DNA of 32,000 bases, from assembly GCF_000621645.1 (NCBI RefSeq), contig NZ_JHXR01000027.1, positions 1-32,000 of the forward strand. Direction: 5' to 3'. Source of the DNA: Vibrio cholerae ATCC 14035 (lineage in GTDB: Bacteria; Pseudomonadota; Gammaproteobacteria; Enterobacterales; Vibrionaceae). Shown piece after piece: positions 26,184-32,000 of the stretch. Below the pieces are notes generated by a model. That model was not told the origin of the DNA. It saw nothing but the letters and a program-made list of their open reading frames with translations, and did no database searches. Each line of letters starts with the position of its first letter. Position 1 is the first letter of the stretch. Made by a program: the position numbers and the translations under genes.

Positions 26184-28454
26184 CTAGTGGACCACCTCTT
26201 CGCGAGTACCGAAATACTCGAAAGCCAGTCTGTCATCACTCAGCGTCACTTTCACTGTGCCACCATCGACTAACGAGCCAAACAACAGCTCATTGGCGAG
26301 TGGTTTCTTCAGTTGTTCTTGGATCACACGTCCCATCGGACGAGCGCCCATCTCACGGTCATAACCTTTCACTGCTAACCAGTGGCGGGCATCTTCCGAG
26401 ACTTCCAGAGAAACGCCACGCGCATCCAACTGAGCTTGCAGTTCCACGATAAATTTATCGACCACTTGATGAATCACACGCTCATCTAAGCTATTGAACC
26501 AGATAATGTGATCAAGACGGTTACGGAATTCGGGAGTGAACACCTTTTTAATTTCCGACATCGCATCATGACTATTATCTTGCTGGATCAAACCAATCGA
26601 TTTTTTCACCGTTTCGGCCACACCCGCGTTGGTGGTCATCACAAGAATCACGTTACGGAAATCGGCTTTACGGCCGTTGTTATCCGTCAGCGTACCGTTA
26701 TCCATCACTTGTAGGAGCAAGTTAAAAATATCGGGGTGCGCTTTTTCAATTTCGTCCAACAAAACAACCGAGTGCGGGTGCTTAATCACAGCGTCCGTCA
26801 ATAACCCACCTTGGTCATAACCCACATAACCTGGAGGTGCACCAATCAAACGGCTTACCGAATGGCGCTCACCGTATTCAGACATATCAAAACGTAGCAG
26901 TTCGATACCGAGCAGCTTAGAAAGCTGCAGAGTCACTTCTGTTTTACCAACCCCAGTTGGACCTGCAAACAGGAAAGAACCGACTGGCTTATGTTCTGCG
27001 CCTAATCCAGCACGGGTCAGCTTGATCGCCTCTGTCAGCACATCAATCGCCGCATCTTGTCCAAACACCAACATTTTCATCTTCTGATCCAGATTCTTCA
27101 GGATGTCTTTATCAGAAGAGGAGACGGATTTTTCTGGGATCCGCGCCATTTTGGCGACCATGGATTCAATTTCCGCCACACCGACCGTTTTCTTACGACG
27201 GCTTGCTGGCATCAAACGTGCCCGCGCACCCGCTTCATCAATCACATCAATCGCTTTATCAGGCAGATGACGCTCATTAATGTATTTGGCTGAAAGTTCA
27301 ACCGCAGCACGCAGCGCTTTATTGGTATAGCGCACATCATGGTGAGCTTCGTATTTGGTTTTCAATCCCATCAAAATCTTGGTGGTATCGTCCAATGAAG
27401 GCTCAACAATATCAATCTTTTGGAAGCGGCGAGATAGCGCACGCTCTTTCTCAAAAATGTTGCTGTACTCTTGATAGGTGGTTGAGCCGATACAACGCAG
27501 TTTACCGCTACTGAGCAGAGGCTTAATTAGGTTCGCCGCATCGACTTGACCGCCAGAAGCGGCACCCGCACCGATGATGGTGTGAATTTCATCGATAAAC
27601 AGGATGGCGTCTTTCTCTTTCTCAAGCTGTTTCAAAATCGATTTGAAACGTTTTTCGAAATCACCACGATATTTGGTGCCCGCTAACAGCGAACCAATAT
27701 CCAGTGAATAAATCACACTGCGCTGAATCACTTCCGGCACATTGCCTTCAACAATTCGCCATGCCAAGCCCTCCGCAATCGCAGTTTTGCCGACACCCGC
27801 TTCTCCCACCAGCAGTGGGTTGTTTTTACGACGGCGACACAGAACTTGAATCGTACGTTCCAACTCTTTGTCACGGCCAATCAGTGGATCGATCTGGCCT
27901 TGTTTTGCTAACTGATTAAGGTTGGTCGCAAAACTTTCCAAACGCTCGTCAGCACTCACCTCTTCAGAAGTATCACTGCTGCCAAACGAATCGGAAGAAG
28001 AGTCTTCACTATGGTTAGACGCTTTGGTAATGCCGTGCGAAATAAAGTTAACAATGTCCAAGCGGCTGATGTCATTTTTCTTCAGCAGATAGGCCGCGTG
28101 CGACTCTTGCTCACTGAAAATCGCCACCAGCACGTTGGCTCCCGTCACTTCGCTTCGACCGGAAGATTGCACGTGGAACACCGCGCGTTGCAGTACGCGT
28201 TGGAAACTCAACGTCGGTTGTGTCTCGCGAGTTTCGTCATTTTTGGGGATAAGAGGCGTGGTCTGGTCGATAAAAGTATCCAGCTCACGGCGTAATACAT
28301 CAATGTCGGCTTGACAGGCTAACAGGGCTTCCCGCGCTGCATCGTTTTCCAACAATGCAAGTAGGAGGTGCTCGACGGTCATAAATTCATGTCTTTTGTC
28401 TCGTGCCCGAGCGAACGCGCCGTTTAGACTCGACTCTAATTCTTTGTTAAGCAT
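26184..28454 (-). CDS. clpA: ATP-dependent Clp protease ATP-binding subunit ClpA.
   Basis: 756 aa. It has the Clp N domain and two AAA+ modules with Walker A motifs GEAGVGKT and GPTGVGKT, and it lies directly downstream of clpS. Confidence 0.97.
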   Translation of the reverse strand: MLNKELESSLNGAFARARDKRHEFMTVEHLLLALLENDAAREALLACQADIDVLRRELDTFIDQTTPLIPKNDETRETQPTLSFQRVLQRAVFHVQSSGRSEVTGANVLVAIFSEQESHAAYLLKKNDISRLDIVNFISHGITKASNHSEDSSSDSFGSSDTSEEVSADERLESFATNLNQLAKQGQIDPLIGRDKELERTIQVLCRRRKNNPLLVGEAGVGKTAIAEGLAWRIVEGNVPEVIQRSVIYSLDIGSLLAGTKYRGDFEKRFKSILKQLEKEKDAILFIDEIHTIIGAGAASGGQVDAANLIKPLLSSGKLRCIGSTTYQEYSNIFEKERALSRRFQKIDIVEPSLDDTTKILMGLKTKYEAHHDVRYTNKALRAAVELSAKYINERHLPDKAIDVIDEAGARARLMPASRRKKTVGVAEIESMVAKMARIPEKSVSSSDKDILKNLDQKMKMLVFGQDAAIDVLTEAIKLTRAGLGAEHKPVGSFLFAGPTGVGKTEVTLQLSKLLGIELLRFDMSEYGERHSVSRLIGAPPGYVGYDQGGLLTDAVIKHPHSVVLLDEIEKAHPDIFNLLLQVMDNGTLTDNNGRKADFRNVILVMTTNAGVAETVKKSIGLIQQDNSHDAMSEIKKVFTPEFRNRLDHIIWFNSLDERVIHQVVDKFIVELQAQLDARGVSLEVSEDARHWLAVKGYDREMGARPMGRVIQEQLKKPLANELLFGSLVDGGTVKVTLSDDRLAFEYFGTREEVVH

Positions 28455-28492
28455 AAGGCCTCCTTAAGGAACAACCACATTGCCCGGCAAGT

Positions 28493-28813
28493 TTAAGCTT
28501 GCTCCATCGTGCACAAAAGTGGGTGCTCATTTTCCCTTGAGTACATCGTTACTTGAGCGACTTTCGTCTCTGCAACTTCTGCAGTAAACGTGCCACATAT
28601 TGCTTTTCCTTCGTAATGCACTTTGAGCATCACTTGCGTCGCTCTCTCTATATCCATAGAGAAAAAGCGCTCAAGAATCTCAATTACAAAGTCCATCGGT
28701 GTGTAATCATCGTTGTTTAACACCACGTGATACATAGATGGTGGCTTAACCGCCGTCTTTTCTTTCTCCAGCAAATCAAAGTCTGGAGAGATCCATTCAA
28801 AGTTTTTACTCAT
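28493..28813 (-). CDS. clpS: ClpS adaptor protein (N-degron recognition).
   Basis: 106 aa. The conserved core is [28 protein letters not shown] 38-nt gap separates it from clpA. Confidence 0.95.
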   Translation of the reverse strand: MSKNFEWISPDFDLLEKEKTAVKPPSMYHVVLNNDDYTPMDFVIEILERFFSMDIERATQVMLKVHYEGKAICGTFTAEVAETKVAQVTMYSRENEHPLLCTMEQA

Positions 28814-29046
28814 GACACTTCAATATTTGAGGGCTTCTTACAGAGAATTCAACTATAAAGTGCTGTAAAACTAGCCGTTTAAACTCACTGACGGCATCCG
28901 CACTTTAATGAATTTCGCCTCTTACTTAGAGACTAATGCAGCAATTGTAACGCTGCAAATAAAACATTGCGAATGACGATCACGAATAGCGCGATTGCTT
29001 ACTTTACCGACACCAATATGCAAGCTTGTTAATGATTTGCTTCGCG

Positions 29047-29104
29047 ATTTGCAAATGACAAATTTATATAATTGCAATTGCAAAATTGAGTTTGCATATC
29101 AAAC
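29047..29104. promoter_or_regulatory. Cluster of TTGCA(A)-core dyad symmetries in the clpS-cspD divergent spacer. These are candidate operator sites.
   Basis: Perfect 10-bp palindromes ATTTGCAAAT (29047-29056) and AATTGCAATT (29070-29079), plus GTTTGCATATCAAAC (29090-29104). All were read directly from the sequence. Confidence 0.35.
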
Positions 29105-29129
29105 TGTGTGCTTTTATACGTTCGTCCTA

Positions 29130-29157
29130 TTGACTGCGTTCAATCATCGTCTAAATT
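29130..29157 (+). promoter_or_regulatory. Candidate sigma-70 promoter for cspD.
   Basis: TTGACT (29130-29135), a 16-nt spacer, then TAAATT (29152-29157). This would give a ~120-nt leader, which is typical of csp genes. The call is by pattern only. Confidence 0.3.
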
Positions 29158-29285
29158 GGTCAATTAGTGACTAACGTTAAGCATAGGCTGAATCGCTATT
29201 CACTTTTGAGAAGTCAGGAAGTCCTAGGGACAAATTGACGTTTCTCTTAAAACATCAGTTATAAAATGCATGAGGGATGTATAGC

Positions 29286-29507
29286 ATGGCTACAGGTACA
29301 GTGAAATGGTTTAATAATGCCAAAGGCTTCGGTTTTATTTGCCCGGAAGGTGAAGACGGAGATATTTTCGCTCATTACTCAACCATTCAGATGGACGGAT
29401 ACCGTACACTCAAAGCCGGTCAACAGGTTTCTTATCAGGTGGAGCAAGGTCCTAAGGGATACCACGCGAGCTGTGTTGTGCCAATCGAGGGACAATCAGC
29501 AAAATAG
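29286..29507 (+). CDS. cspD: Cold-shock-domain protein CspD (stationary-phase replication inhibitor family).
   Basis: 73 aa from the ATG at 29286, with GAGGGA 8 nt upstream. GTVKWFNNAKGFGFICPEG..DIFAHYSTIQMDGYRTLKAGQ is nearly identical to E. coli CspD. The cspD-clpS-clpA synteny is conserved. Confidence 0.93.
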   Translation: MATGTVKWFNNAKGFGFICPEGEDGDIFAHYSTIQMDGYRTLKAGQQVSYQVEQGPKGYHASCVVPIEGQSAK

Positions 29508-29552
29508 TGGATTGATTGCCACACTAGCGTGCTTTGGCAATTTGCAAAGCAC

Positions 29553-29590
29553 AAAAATAGAAACCCGCCCAATTGGGCGGGTTTTGTTTT
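29553..29590. terminator. Bidirectional terminator between cspD and icd.
   Basis: AAACCCGCCC (29561-29570) / GGGCGGGTTT (29575-29584), loop AATT, with a T-rich 3' flank and an A-rich 5' flank. Confidence 0.85.
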
Positions 29591-29605
29591 GGTGTCTAAA
29601 CTAGA

Positions 29606-31840
<2,235 letters not shown>

Positions 31841-32000
31841 CTATCTGTTCTAACAGCACCATTGGATGCAATGACACTGTGTGACTGTCCGTTCTCAAGT
31901 CGGCGACATCCCCTCAACCTGAGTACGATCTTCTCACTCTTGCAAATCCTGTGTTCGAATGACGTTGAGCCGCCTTCGAGCTCGTCCTTGAGTGAAGGTA

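Noticed and set aside
26117-28295. + strand ORFs antisense to clpA (26117-26452, 26508-26714, 27057-27293, 27704-27919, 28011-28295).
   Set aside because: They are shadow ORFs inside a highly conserved AAA+ gene, with no start context and no recognisable motifs.
28968-28984. TGCGA-N-TCAC(G) in the clpS-cspD spacer, resembling a TfoX/Sxy-dependent CRP-S site.
   Set aside because: The half-sites are 7 nt apart, or mismatch badly at the correct 6-nt spacing. clpS and cspD are also not known competence-regulon members.
31953-31960. GTTCGAAT, reminiscent of a tRNA T-arm, in the icd upstream region.
   Set aside because: No cloverleaf can be built from the flanks: there is no acceptor-stem complementarity and no anticodon arm. 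This is probably just icd leader or promoter sequence.

Overview
This window is a core-chromosome segment of a Vibrio, most like V. cholerae chromosome 1. That call comes from recognising the proteins and the gene order, not from a database search. I call 27 protein-coding genes, almost all housekeeping and syntenic with E. coli blocks. In order they are: a 5'-truncated DAACS symporter remnant, tdk, aspS, a yecE-like gene, cmoA, cmoB, a three-gene cassette of unknown function, serC, a YdgA-like DUF945 protein, a soluble histidine kinase with its coupled response regulator, a small outer-membrane beta-barrel protein, the competence regulator tfoX, an HDOD signalling protein, lysO/ybjE, a small secreted protein, a PLP-dependent decarboxylase (PanP-like), hexR, an iron-type alcohol dehydrogenase, grxA, ybjL, clpA, clpS, cspD and a monomeric icd. 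Convergent gene junctions carry clean bidirectional rho-independent terminators. I found no rRNA, tRNA, CRISPR array, IS element, integrase or prophage signal.

The best candidate for an undescribed system is the translationally coupled cassette at 6588-9831. It encodes a lipoprotein retropepsin-like protease, a transglutaminase-like 7TM protein and a RimK-related ATP-grasp ligase. Its first gene carries an 11-nt poly-C tract that encodes PPPP. Other points worth a second look:
- the kinase at 12616-14571 has a pseudo-receiver domain and a degenerate cNMP-binding domain
- the tfoX leader contains an SD-sequestering hairpin, with CRP-like sites upstream
- the truncated transporter ORF starts inside a terminator hairpin
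- the clpS-cspD spacer holds a cluster of TTGCAA-core palindromes
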